From a virus, in IMG/VR virus record IMGVR_UViG_3300025131_000017, positions 1 through 64,000 of that record: a stretch of 64,000 bases of DNA; one strand, given 5' to 3'. The translations under genes were made by a program, and so were the position numbers. Position 1 is the stretch's first letter, and each line of letters opens with the position of its first letter. Under the pieces are notes generated by a model, which worked only from the letters and a program-made list of their open reading frames with translations, ran no database searches and was not told the origin of the DNA. Shown piece by piece: positions 19,402 through 27,843 of the stretch.

Positions 19402-19668
19402 ATGGACAAGAAAAAAACACGAACTACAATAGGAGTAGCTATCGGTGCAGCCATAGTTGGTGGACTCATAACGTATAAAAACCGAAAGAAGATAAAATCT
19501 TCGGCTGATAAATCTGTCCGAAATGTTAAGATTAAAGTAGATAACAAGAAGTTTGATGCTTTAAGATGGAAAGACCAAAAGGTTTGGAATTTCTGGGAAA
19601 AAATAGAGGACATTGGTAATGACCGTAAACTTAAAAGTACTAGTATCCGTGACATAGCTTGGGGGTAG
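19402..19668 (+). CDS. Hypothetical membrane-anchored protein
   Basis: GGAGG RBS; N-terminal hydrophobic helix IGVAIGAAIVGGLITY. Confidence 0.6.
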   Translation: MDKKKTRTTIGVAIGAAIVGGLITYKNRKKIKSSADKSVRNVKIKVDNKKFDALRWKDQKVWNFWEKIEDIGNDRKLKSTSIRDIAWG

Positions 19669-19709
19669 TGATATACTATATATATATAAAGTACTAGAAA
19701 GGCAATACA

Positions 19710-20129
19710 TTGGAAAAGAAAAAATATGAGTTAAATAAGAACTTTACACATGATGTTAAGGTTCAAGAGGTTAGAGAAAAGGCATTAGGAGAACTACTAA
19801 CAAATAAGACCATTGAACTAAAGACTGAAATGGGTATGTGGAAAGACACAGGTAACATTGCAGTAGAAGTAAAATTTGACGGTAAACTCTCTGGGATTGC
19901 TAAAACTAAGGCAGACCTTTGGTGGCATACCCTAGAACTAAATGGTAAACCCTTCGTCCATATCGTATTCGATACAGAAACTTTTAAAAAACATATTAAG
20001 AGCCTTAAGAGACAAGGTAAGGTTACAATAAAAGATGGTGGTGATGATAACCTCTCTAGCATTTGGCTTATTAAATTAACTGATTTACTAGACCCTAAAA
20101 ATATTAAAGAAGAAGAATTAGGATTATAG
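19710..20129 (+). CDS. PD-(D/E)XK-like phage protein
   Basis: TIELKTE...TGNIAVE...SGI..TKADLW pattern typical of phage nuclease-fold proteins. Confidence 0.6.
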   Translation: MEKKKYELNKNFTHDVKVQEVREKALGELLTNKTIELKTEMGMWKDTGNIAVEVKFDGKLSGIAKTKADLWWHTLELNGKPFVHIVFDTETFKKHIKSLKRQGKVTIKDGGDDNLSSIWLIKLTDLLDPKNIKEEELGL

Positions 20130-20623
20130 TGGGTTTTTTTAAAAAACAAAAACAAGCTAGAAGAGCCAATACCTTTGTTTCTAGAAAATGTAAGGTATGT
20201 GAAAAACCTACACGCTTTCCTAAATATACCAAAAGAGGTATTAAAGTAGGAGCAGAACGTACTCTTAGTAAAAACTTAGAAAAATATGAAATGAAGCCAC
20301 AGGAACGACAAAGAATTAATGGACATTCTGTCTTAGTATGTTCTGTATCATGTGATTTTAAATATATGCAAAAACAAGCTGTGAATACCTTTACTTTGAA
20401 AGAAGATGCTAATAAAGAAGCTAAGGAACTCTTACTTATAATACGAGAAGAAGCTAGGAGAAAAAAAGATACTAGCATTTTAGCTCTGTCGGATGCCCAA
20501 ATATTACATAAGATAAGGAAAAAAAGAATCTGGGGTGAAAAAATAGAGCCTCCTTCTAGGAATACTTTTGGTAGACGAAAGTCTGACCTCTATGGATATC
20601 ACGAATTTAGTGGTTATTACTAA
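20129..20623 (+). CDS. Hypothetical basic protein with Cys pairs
   Basis: CKVC...CSVSC; coupled start. Confidence 0.6.
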   Translation: MGFFKKQKQARRANTFVSRKCKVCEKPTRFPKYTKRGIKVGAERTLSKNLEKYEMKPQERQRINGHSVLVCSVSCDFKYMQKQAVNTFTLKEDANKEAKELLLIIREEARRKKDTSILALSDAQILHKIRKKRIWGEKIEPPSRNTFGRRKSDLYGYHEFSGYY

Positions 20624-21101
20624 ACTATCACTGCAAATAAGATGATGCCAATACATAAACCATTTGATGTAGACAACTATGATGCTAATGATGCTTCTGG
20701 AAAAGAAGCCGTTATGCGTTTTCTACAAACACAAGGGTTGTCTGCTGAAGAAAACCCTGATAAATATGGAATAGACTTAATAGCAAATGGTACAACCTAT
20801 AATGGACAAGTATTTGATAATGTACCTGTTGAAGTAGAGAGAAGAATTATATGGAATAAAAATTTTCCTTTTTCTACAGTACATGTACCTGAAAGAAAAA
20901 CTAAGTTTCTTAAACATTATATGTTATATGCAGTAGTTAACTTAAATTATGACAAAGTTATGTTCTGTACTTCAAATATCATTAAACAATATGAACCTAT
21001 AGAAGTGCCAAATAAATCTATAGCAAATGATGAATACTTTTATAATGTTCCATTAAATCTTTGGAAAACTTATGATATTAATTAAACTATCACTACAAAT
21101 A
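20621..21101 (+). repeat. 19-bp direct repeat (18/19 identical) flanking the 20642..21085 gene
   Basis: TAAACTATCACTGCAAATA at 20621-20639 and TAAACTATCACTACAAATA at 21083-21101. Confidence 0.8.
20642..21085 (+). CDS. PD-(D/E)XK endonuclease-like protein
   Basis: NPDKYGIDL...VEVERR motif. Confidence 0.6.
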   Translation: MMPIHKPFDVDNYDANDASGKEAVMRFLQTQGLSAEENPDKYGIDLIANGTTYNGQVFDNVPVEVERRIIWNKNFPFSTVHVPERKTKFLKHYMLYAVVNLNYDKVMFCTSNIIKQYEPIEVPNKSIANDEYFYNVPLNLWKTYDIN

Positions 21102-21181
21102 GACCCATAAGTATATATAGGAATATAATGACGAATATAAACATTTTAATTTCAGAACTCATATATAAATTATACCAGTTG

Positions 21182-22363
21182 TTATAATACTAACATTCGT
21201 TCTAAGGCGATTTTTGAGTAAAGTTGTACTGAATCATCGACTTTTATTTGATTTATAACAATTCCAGCTATTAATCCCTCTAAAACCCATAGTAAATATG
21301 CTGGGTGAACCCTATACATAGTAGCACAAGGACAAATCATCTCATCCAAACAAAAAATATTTTTCTCCGGGTAAGTATGTGCTAACCTCTTAACCAAATT
21401 TATTTCAGTACCTATAGCCCAACTAGAACCATTAGGAGCATTATGAACCATGTCTTTTATATATTCTGTACTTCCAACATAATCAGATATACTAACAACT
21501 TCATTTGTACATTCTGGGTGAACAAGGATATTAACTTCTGAATTTTTTGTTCTAGCCTCGTTAATTTGATTAACAGAAAATCTAGTATGAACGGAACAAT
21601 GTCCTTTCCAAAGAATCATTTTAGCTTTATCTAAATCATAGTCAGAGATACCACCACCTACCTTATAAGGGTCCCAAATAACCATCTCATCTTCTGGTAT
21701 ACCATACTTAAGAGCAGTATTCCTCCCTAAGTGCTGGTCTGGTATAAACAGAACCTTCTCTCCTTGGTCGAACGCCCAAGATAGAGCATGACCAGCATTA
21801 CTTGAAGTACATACTAAACCATTATTTTGACCACAAAGAGATTTTATTTCTGCCGTAGAATTCATATAAGTAAGGGGAGTAATAGGTACCTTTAACTTTT
21901 TAGTTAGATAATCCCAACAGTCTTCAACTTGCTCTGTACTAGCCATATCTGCCATAGAACAACCCGCTGCCATATTAGGTAATATTACTCGTTGATTAGA
22001 ACTACTTAGTATCTCCGCAGTCTCTGCCATGAAGTGTACTCCACAAAATATTATTATTTCGGCATCTTGCTCACTTGCTAACTTAGCTAACTTATAACTA
22101 TCTCCCTGTAAATCAGAATGCTTTATAACATCCTCCCTTTGGTAATGATGCCCTAAGACTACAACCTTATCCCCTAAGACAGCCCTAGCCTTCTTTATAG
22201 CCCCATTTAATTCATCCATAGGTATCCTTAAGTACCTAGATGGTATCTTCTGCCATCTTACACCAGATTGAAACTCTTCTCCTAGTGTCTTAGTCCGAAA
22301 ATTATCCTCTGTAGTACAGAATGAACTTTGTTCTAATTCAGTTATCGGTATATTTAATGTCAT
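21182..22363 (-). CDS. nadA: Quinolinate synthase A
   Basis: GHHYQR, GDSYKLA, FCGVHFMAET, AGCSMADMA, YMNS, CTSSNA, PDQHLGRN, GHCSVH, HPEC, GSTEYI, GTEINL, CPCATM; the three Fe-S cysteines are present. Start placed at ATG 22363. Confidence 0.95.
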   Translation of the reverse strand: MTLNIPITELEQSSFCTTEDNFRTKTLGEEFQSGVRWQKIPSRYLRIPMDELNGAIKKARAVLGDKVVVLGHHYQREDVIKHSDLQGDSYKLAKLASEQDAEIIIFCGVHFMAETAEILSSSNQRVILPNMAAGCSMADMASTEQVEDCWDYLTKKLKVPITPLTYMNSTAEIKSLCGQNNGLVCTSSNAGHALSWAFDQGEKVLFIPDQHLGRNTALKYGIPEDEMVIWDPYKVGGGISDYDLDKAKMILWKGHCSVHTRFSVNQINEARTKNSEVNILVHPECTNEVVSISDYVGSTEYIKDMVHNAPNGSSWAIGTEINLVKRLAHTYPEKNIFCLDEMICPCATMYRVHPAYLLWVLEGLIAGIVINQIKVDDSVQLYSKIALERMLVL

Positions 22364-22730
22364 CTTACTATAAATTATACACCAATAACCCAACTATTTC
22401 AAATTTTTTATTTTTTTTTAATGTATACACTTTTAAGGTTTTTATGACGTTTTTAAATATTAGCCAAAAGATGTCACAAATAAGGCTTTTTGTTAACACT
22501 TTATGATATACTAGTAAGGTAATTACATTTGTAATTACTTAAACAACATTTGTTTAATTATAGCTGTCCTAGTGTTTGAAGTTTCTATGCCTCATTCATT
22601 AGGGCAGTTGGTCTCTATACCTACCCACTTTACCCCAATTATATCTCTTTATATTTAGATATTTCAAATATTACTTTCTGTAGATAAGTAAGTACTCATG
22701 GCTAACTCCCCTGCAGGATTTTTTGCACAA

Positions 22731-22880
22731 CCGGGGGGTGGAAGGCAGGGGGGGGATAGGCAGTAATTCCACTTCGTCTTTGCAGATTCGTTGGGTTTTT
22801 TGGGTTGGGTTGGTTGGGTGGGAAAAGGGCGACAGTTGGTAGGGGGGTTGGTTTTGGTGGAGGATTTTGGGTAGGGGGGC
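22731..22880 (+). other. Non-coding G-rich, strand-asymmetric tract with G-quadruplex potential
   Basis: Many G3-G8 runs on the plus strand, e.g. GGGTTTTTTGGGTTGGGTTGGTTGGGTGGGAAAAGGG. Confidence 0.7.
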
Positions 22881-22937
22881 TGACGAAATTCGGAATACAG
22901 ATTTTTAATATTGGTTGAAATTGGTGAGACCTTGGGG

Positions 22938-22967
22938 TTGACAAAAGTTGACAACGTGTGATATACT
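22938..22967 (+). promoter_or_regulatory. Strong early sigma70-type promoter with a tandem -35-like box
   Basis: TTGACA-N18-TATACT with extended TG; second TTGACA 10 bp downstream. Confidence 0.8.
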
Positions 22968-23000
22968 AATAATGTAAGGTAAATAAATAAGGAGAATAAA

Positions 23001-23219
23001 ATGAATTTACGAGAAACAATAAAACACAAGATAGGATTATTCATAGAGAATCATAAGGTAACAAGATGTTATGATTGTGGTAAATGGAGTTTCAGAAAAA
23101 ATCTTCAAGATACTATGGAAGGAAATCCAATGTGGATTCAAGGCGATTTATTATGTAACCATGATGATTTAAATTCTTGTTATGCACATCTTGTGGCAAG
23201 TCATGAAGGAGAGGTTTAA
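23001..23219 (+). CDS. Early hypothetical protein (Cys-containing)
   Basis: AAGGAG RBS directly after the promoter. Confidence 0.75.
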   Translation: MNLRETIKHKIGLFIENHKVTRCYDCGKWSFRKNLQDTMEGNPMWIQGDLLCNHDDLNSCYAHLVASHEGEV

Positions 23220-23220
23220 A

Positions 23221-23451
23221 ATGTATTATGCAAAAACACAAGGTCTTAAGTATGACTATATGGTTATAAGTAAGACAAAAAATGGGGCATGGAAACAACT
23301 AGAAAAGTGGTGGAACAAGACTTGGAGGGAAAAATATGGTGGGTGTTGTTCAATTGACCACGAAAACAATTTTAAGGATGCTATTGAATGGCATGGATTC
23401 TATCTTTGTGAAGATAAAATAGAATTAGATAAAGAATTTTTTATACAATAG
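23221..23451 (+). CDS. Early hypothetical protein
   Basis: GGAGAGG RBS before ATG 23221 (MYYAKTQG...). Confidence 0.65.
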   Translation: MYYAKTQGLKYDYMVISKTKNGAWKQLEKWWNKTWREKYGGCCSIDHENNFKDAIEWHGFYLCEDKIELDKEFFIQ

Positions 23452-23472
23452 AAAAGTAATAAAATTCACAAG

Positions 23473-23502
23473 ATGCCCCCAAGAAATTGGGGGTATTTTT
23501 TT
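23473..23502 (+). terminator. Intrinsic terminator
   Basis: ATGCCCCCAA-GAAA-TTGGGGGTAT followed by a T-tract. Confidence 0.85.
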
Positions 23503-23541
23503 GCCCAAAATTTAACTGAGTCGGAGCTGGCAGGAGGCAGC

Positions 23542-23553
23542 ACGATATATCGT
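23542..23553. repeat. Palindrome CGATATATCG, copy 1
   Basis: ACGATATATCGT followed by AGGGAGACCATG. Confidence 0.9.
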
Positions 23554-23628
23554 AGGGAGACCATGTGGGAAAATTCTGGAAGAGAGAATGGTAGGGAGTC
23601 AGAATTTTAAGAGTCGGTAAAAAGGGGG

Positions 23629-23658
23629 TTGACAAAAGTTGTCAAGTTGTGATAGAAT
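23629..23658 (+). promoter_or_regulatory. Early promoter with TTGACAA-N3-TTGTCAA
   Basis: TTGACA-N18-TAGAAT, extended TG. Confidence 0.8.
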
Positions 23659-23689
23659 AATATTATAATAGTTAAATAAGGAGAACTAA

Positions 23690-24082
23690 ATGGGATATAC
23701 AAATTATTGGTATCAAAAAGAAAGTTTCACAAAGGGAGAATGGGATGTTCTAAAAGAGGTGGCGAACAAACTTATAGAACCTTTTAGAAATGATTTAGAT
23801 ATAGTAGAAGATGACGAGAACGTTATTAATTTAAATGGTGTGGGGGAAAACTCTCACGAAACTTTTATTCTTACTAAAGAAAAAAGAGAGTTAGATGATT
23901 GGGAAAAAAAGTCTGACTGGATTGTGAACGATTACAAAGAAAAGGGTGCATTTAGATTTTGCAAGACTAATAGAAAACCTTACGACATAATTGTTTGGAA
24001 TATTTTATTAAAGGCATATGAGATTGCCCCAATCAAACTTAGTATTTCTAATGATGATGGGGAAAAACATGGTTCACAATAA
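23690..24082 (+). CDS. Phage hypothetical protein
   Basis: AAGGAG RBS; MGYTNYW...HETF...FCKTNRKPYD motifs recurrent in phage early proteins. Confidence 0.75.
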   Translation: MGYTNYWYQKESFTKGEWDVLKEVANKLIEPFRNDLDIVEDDENVINLNGVGENSHETFILTKEKRELDDWEKKSDWIVNDYKEKGAFRFCKTNRKPYDIIVWNILLKAYEIAPIKLSISNDDGEKHGSQ

Positions 24083-24103
24083 TAAAAAAGAAATATAAAA
24101 GAC

Positions 24104-24133
24104 TTGACAAAACTTGTCAACTTATGGTATACT
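24104..24133 (+). promoter_or_regulatory. Early promoter with TTGACAA-N3-TTGTCAA
   Basis: TTGACA-N18-TATACT. Confidence 0.8.
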
Positions 24134-24178
24134 AATAAGTACAAGATAAAGAAAGAGAGAACAGGAAGGAGAAATTGT

Positions 24179-24352
24179 ATGGTGATGAAAGAAAAGGAAC
24201 TTTGTACACACAAGTGGGAAAGTCTTTGTTGTAAAGAAGAAGAACAAGATAACCTACAATTCATCTGCCCAAAATGTTTTGGGTGGAGCGACATGAAGTG
24301 TTTCAAATGTTATAACTATAAAAGGAGAGAAGTAAATGAAAACGGAAAATAA
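24179..24352 (+). CDS. Small Cys-rich early protein
   Basis: AAGGAG RBS before ATG 24179; CTH..CC..CPKC..CFKC. Confidence 0.55.
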   Translation: MVMKEKELCTHKWESLCCKEEEQDNLQFICPKCFGWSDMKCFKCYNYKRREVNENGK

Positions 24353-24513
24353 TAATGACTTACTAACAAAAGGGATTGAAGTGGCACTGGTTGATACAAT
24401 TAAAAAAAGTGCAACACCTTTGAAGATGCACATTTCAAATAATCGTGCTAGTATAATTGCAAAAGTAATTATGAATGAATGGGAAATAGAACCTAAAAAC
24501 TAGGAGTAATAAA

Positions 24514-24732
24514 ATGGAGAATGTGGATAGAAAAATCTTTGATGAACTATTCTACTTTAAACAAGAAGTGGAAAAGGAACTCAAAGAATTGAGGGGAATT
24601 ATGGGAGAACTTATACAAGTAATTAACTCGTTAAAGGAAAACTCTAATAAAGAAATCCTAATGATGAAAGACTTACTAGAAAAGTTTACTGATGAGAACA
24701 ACTTTTTGAAACATGAACTAACAAAGAAATAG
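24514..24732 (+). CDS. Early coiled-coil hypothetical protein
   Basis: AGGAG RBS. Confidence 0.7.
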   Translation: MENVDRKIFDELFYFKQEVEKELKELRGIMGELIQVINSLKENSNKEILMMKDLLEKFTDENNFLKHELTKK

Positions 24733-24757
24733 AAAATAGGTTCACTCAAAAACAAAG

Positions 24758-24787
24758 ATGCCCAATCGAAAGGTTGGGTATTTTTTT
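24758..24787 (+). terminator. Intrinsic terminator
   Basis: ATGCCCAATC-GAAA-GGTTGGGTAT followed by a T-tract. Confidence 0.85.
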
Positions 24788-24839
24788 GTCTTCTTCACCA
24801 GCATGGGACCGGCAGCATCACCGGAAAAAACAGCTCCAC

Positions 24840-24851
24840 ACGATATATCGT
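24840..24851. repeat. Palindrome CGATATATCG, copy 2
   Basis: ACGATATATCGT followed by AGAGCAGACCATG. Confidence 0.9.
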
Positions 24852-25184
24852 AGAGCAGACCATGCGGGAAAAATACTGGAGGAAGGCTGGATAAATTCTG
24901 GAGAAATTCTAAGTAGACCTTTTTTACGAGGTGTGATAAAATATAAGTATAAGGAGAAAAGGAAACCAATGATTATTAAACTACTCAAAAAGTTTAAACT
25001 ACCAATATATGTTTTGGGCATAATTGGATTAACTATTATTAATGTTATTTATTAGGAGGCAACAATGACAATGCAAAATGATTTAGATTATGACGAACTC
25101 TATGAAAACCTAAAAGAAGAATTAGGAAGAGAACCCAATGAAGATGAGATTAATGAAAGATTTGAAAACTCGTCTAATTAGGTC

Positions 25185-25214
25185 TTGACAATATTTGACA
25201 ACTTATGATATACT
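25185..25214 (+). promoter_or_regulatory. Early promoter with tandem TTGACAA
   Basis: TTGACAA-TAT-TTGACAA; TATACT at an 18-nt spacer. Confidence 0.8.
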
Positions 25215-25244
25215 TATTAATATAAAGAAAAAAGAAAGATAATC

Positions 25245-25481
25245 ATGACAAAAAGAAAAGCCCTTAAAGATATAAAATTTCACATTGATATTAATAATGG
25301 GTATTTAAATGGTTTATTAAATAGAAATGCCCAGAGATATTATACTAAAGAAATGCAAGATAAATTTTTTAAAGATATTAATAAAATTATTGAACAAGCA
25401 AAACTGACTTATAATGATTTAATAAGTTATGGAATTATTGGCAAAGATAATTCATTTAATATTAAAACTTTGCATAAGTAA
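25245..25481 (+). CDS. Early hypothetical protein
   Basis: ORF directly downstream of the promoter. Confidence 0.6.
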   Translation: MTKRKALKDIKFHIDINNGYLNGLLNRNAQRYYTKEMQDKFFKDINKIIEQAKLTYNDLISYGIIGKDNSFNIKTLHK

Positions 25482-25492
25482 TAAAAAAACAC

Positions 25493-25522
25493 TTGACAAT
25501 ATTTGACAAGGTATGTTATAAT
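25493..25522 (+). promoter_or_regulatory. Early promoter with tandem TTGACAA
   Basis: TTGACAA-TAT-TTGACAA; TGtTATAAT. Confidence 0.85.
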
Positions 25523-25562
25523 ATAGATATAGGAAATAAAAAAAGTCATAAGGAGAATAAAA

Positions 25563-25844
25563 ATGGCAATCAAGATTTCAAGAAAAGATGGAGTGGAACT
25601 ACTAAAGAACTCTAATGGATTAATGGTAGGAACAGACTTCATAAAGAAAAACGGAGACGATAGAAAATTGAATGGTAGATTAGGTGTTAAGAAACACCTT
25701 AAAGGTGGAGAGTTAAAATACAATCCATCTGACTATGGATTAATGACTATCTTCGATGTTCAGAAAAAAGAATACCGAATGGTAAACTTAGAAACATTAT
25801 ATGCAATGAGAATTCAAGGAGTAGAATATGAAATCGTTGACTAG
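25563..25844 (+). CDS. SH3/WYL-like beta-barrel phage protein
   Basis: FIKKNGDDR.LNGRLGV...FDVQKKEYRMVNL pattern; AAGGAG RBS. Confidence 0.7.
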   Translation: MAIKISRKDGVELLKNSNGLMVGTDFIKKNGDDRKLNGRLGVKKHLKGGELKYNPSDYGLMTIFDVQKKEYRMVNLETLYAMRIQGVEYEIVD

Positions 25845-26005
25845 AATATGGATAGGTAAAATAAAAAATGGGGTACATGAATTAACTCATGTACCTACCG
25901 AAACCATTTTCACAAGTATTGAAGATGCAATTATCTTTGATAAAATGTGGAAAAGTGAACAACAAGACAAAATGAATTAACCTCATTTTTTATCCTCCAA
26001 AAATT

Positions 26006-26040
26006 ATCCTCCTAGATTAATTTCTAGGGGGATTTTTTTT
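26006..26040 (+). terminator. Intrinsic terminator ending the plus-strand early arm
   Basis: ATCCTCCTAGA..TCTAGGGGGAT followed by a T-tract. Confidence 0.8.
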
Positions 26041-26096
26041 ACCCCAGTTTTCGGCAAAGACAAGAGTCAGATTTTTTTGGTCCAGCATGGTCTTCC

Positions 26097-26110
26097 TACG
26101 ATATATCGTA
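26097..26110. repeat. Palindrome CGATATATCG, copy 3 (14-bp perfect; flank inverted relative to copies 1 and 2)
   Basis: CATGGTCTTCC-TACGATATATCGTA; the reverse complement reads ...TCGTAGGAAGACCATG. Confidence 0.9.
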
Positions 26111-26420
26111 CAACCTTATCCAGCTGAGTTTTGTGACCGAAGTGTGACTGGGGTTCTCCAGCTGAGTCGGTATTTTTTAAGGGTCGGTAAAACTCGTAAT
26201 GAAATAACTAGGAAGATATAAACAATTTGGAATAGGGTGGAATAGTGGGGGGAACAATACCTACCTCTCAATCCCTCCACACTAGATGAATGCCTAGGGT
26301 CTATGGGGAAGTAGTCGAAGGGTAAGAAGTCTAAGGGTCTTACCGAAGGGTCTTAAACGAAAGAAACCAAGACACAAAAAAAGACACCCTCCTAAGAGAG
26401 TGCCTCTTTATGATTGGTTC

Positions 26421-26588
26421 TTATGGGGCTTGAAACTTATATCCCATGCGTTCTAACCGTTTAGGAATAACCACTTCGCCATTACACTTTAGACAACACC
26501 TGCCGTTTGTAACGGGTTGTGCGTTATGTCCTTGTGTCCAACCACCGAACTCTACGCCAATCTCATTATTACAAATATCGCAATTCAT
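26421..26588 (-). CDS. Small Cys-rich phage protein, 55 aa
   Basis: Hand translation MNCDICNNEIGVEFGGWTQGHNAQPVTNGRCCLKCNGEVVIPKRLERMG...; AGGAGG RBS; own promoter at ~26635-26677 and terminator at ~26376-26405. Confidence 0.8.
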   Translation of the reverse strand: MNCDICNNEIGVEFGGWTQGHNAQPVTNGRCCLKCNGEVVIPKRLERMGYKFQAP

Positions 26589-26697
26589 AATATCCTCCTT
26601 GTTTGTTGTTCCTAACTTGTAGGAACTTGTTTCTTTAATACTACACTGGTAGTAAGTCTTTTGTCAAATCTTGCCAAATCAAAAAGGTCTACGTTGA

Positions 26698-26883
26698 TTA
26701 GTCCCATTTATATCGAAATGATTTTCGAGCTATCACGTTCTTCCCCATAGCATTGCTTACTTCTTCCTGAATGTCGGCTGGGATAGATGTTCCTTGGTAA
26801 CTACAAGCCATACACTTTCTTTCCTCGTGTGCGTACATCTTTGTGTAACTCTTACTATTACATCGTGGGCATTGGTTGTTCAT
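26698..26883 (-). CDS. Small zinc-ribbon protein
   Basis: CPRC...CMAC; AAGGAG RBS. Confidence 0.75.
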   Translation of the reverse strand: MNNQCPRCNSKSYTKMYAHEERKCMACSYQGTSIPADIQEEVSNAMGKNVIARKSFRYKWD

Positions 26884-27002
26884 ATTTATTCTCCTTTCGC
26901 CACTTGTTATACTTTCATTATATCATGAGTGTCAACCTAACAAGACTCGTGTTAAGTTATCCAGCAAAGGTGTGGCAGGAAAGAACCCAGAAGTCACCAG
27001 AG

Positions 27003-27012
27003 CGATATATCG
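27003..27012. repeat. Palindrome CGATATATCG, copy 4
   Basis: AGCGATATATCGTATAGACC, between a minus-strand terminator (27077-27110) and the next promoter. Confidence 0.9.
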
Positions 27013-27137
27013 TATAGACCTATTTTCTGGTGATGCCGGTGAAGTTTGCTGGTGAATACCAAGATGCTGGGGGAATAAAAAAATCCCCTACCAACTTAAT
27101 GGTAGAGGACTTCGTTTTTATGAGTCGGTAAATTTCT

Positions 27138-27299
27138 TTACATATCTATATTGAACTCTTTAGGTTTCTTTACATAGAACTTAGCAATGTTTCCTATTGT
27201 TTCTATAACCGTTTCCTCAGTAATCTTGCCTCCATCGAATTCATCTAGTAGGCTTCGCAAGTCCTCTGAGAGAGTCGTTGTGATTTCATCCTGTGCCAT
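27138..27299 (-). CDS. Small acidic early protein, 53 aa
   Basis: Hand translation MAQDEITTTLSEDLRSLLDEFDGGKITEETVIETIGNIAKFYVKKPKEFNIDM; AAGGAG RBS; promoter at ~27371-27410. Confidence 0.75.
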   Translation of the reverse strand: MAQDEITTTLSEDLRSLLDEFDGGKITEETVIETIGNIAKFYVKKPKEFNIDM

Positions 27300-27506
27300 C
27301 TTATTCTCCTTAGTATTACCCTATTTAATTAAACTCCCCAAGAGGGCAACCTTAAGGAGTATACATATATAGAATAACATAATGATTAGACTTTTGTCAA
27401 GTCTTGCCAAGGTCTTATACAAATTTAATTTATCTGCCCAGCCGTTGGTACAGGAATCGAATGCTGGAGGAAGACCATAGTTCTCAGCTGGAAAAGGTCT
27501 GCAGAG

Positions 27507-27516
27507 CGATATATCG
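27507..27516. repeat. Palindrome CGATATATCG, copy 5
   Basis: AGAGCGATATATCGTAGAAC. Confidence 0.9.
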
Positions 27517-27553
27517 TAGAACCCCCCTCCTGCAAAATTTTACAGGGGGTGAT

Positions 27554-27767
27554 AAAAAAAGAAACCCCAACCTTTCGATTGGGGCTTCCCGTGTTTGATA
27601 GTTTCCTATCTTACACAATCCAAGGAGAATACATGGATTTGTGGTGAACTCACTTCCTGTACTACATGGGGGTTATTTCCCCTCGCTTAGTGTGAGCCTC
27701 TTCTCTTGTATTATAGGATGCTTATAAACCCACCCCACAGGAATCAGACCATTATTACTTCCTTGAT
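27554..27767 (-). ncRNA. Putative structured small RNA 1 (~210 nt)
   Basis: Own promoter (TTGACA 27801-27796, TGtTATAAT 27782-27774) and terminator (CCCCAATC-GAAA-GGTTGGGG plus U-tract); no credible ORF; several hairpins. Confidence 0.55.
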
Positions 27768-27843
27768 TATTCTATTATAACATTTCTTTCCTTTGTGTCA
27801 AGGGGTTGGAACTACCTTTCCTTCCCCTCGCCACTCGGTTGTT

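Noticed and set aside
22664-23044. Pro-rich minus-strand ORFs (126 and 80 aa)
   Set aside because: By-products of the G-run tract; they overlap a promoter and lack an RBS.
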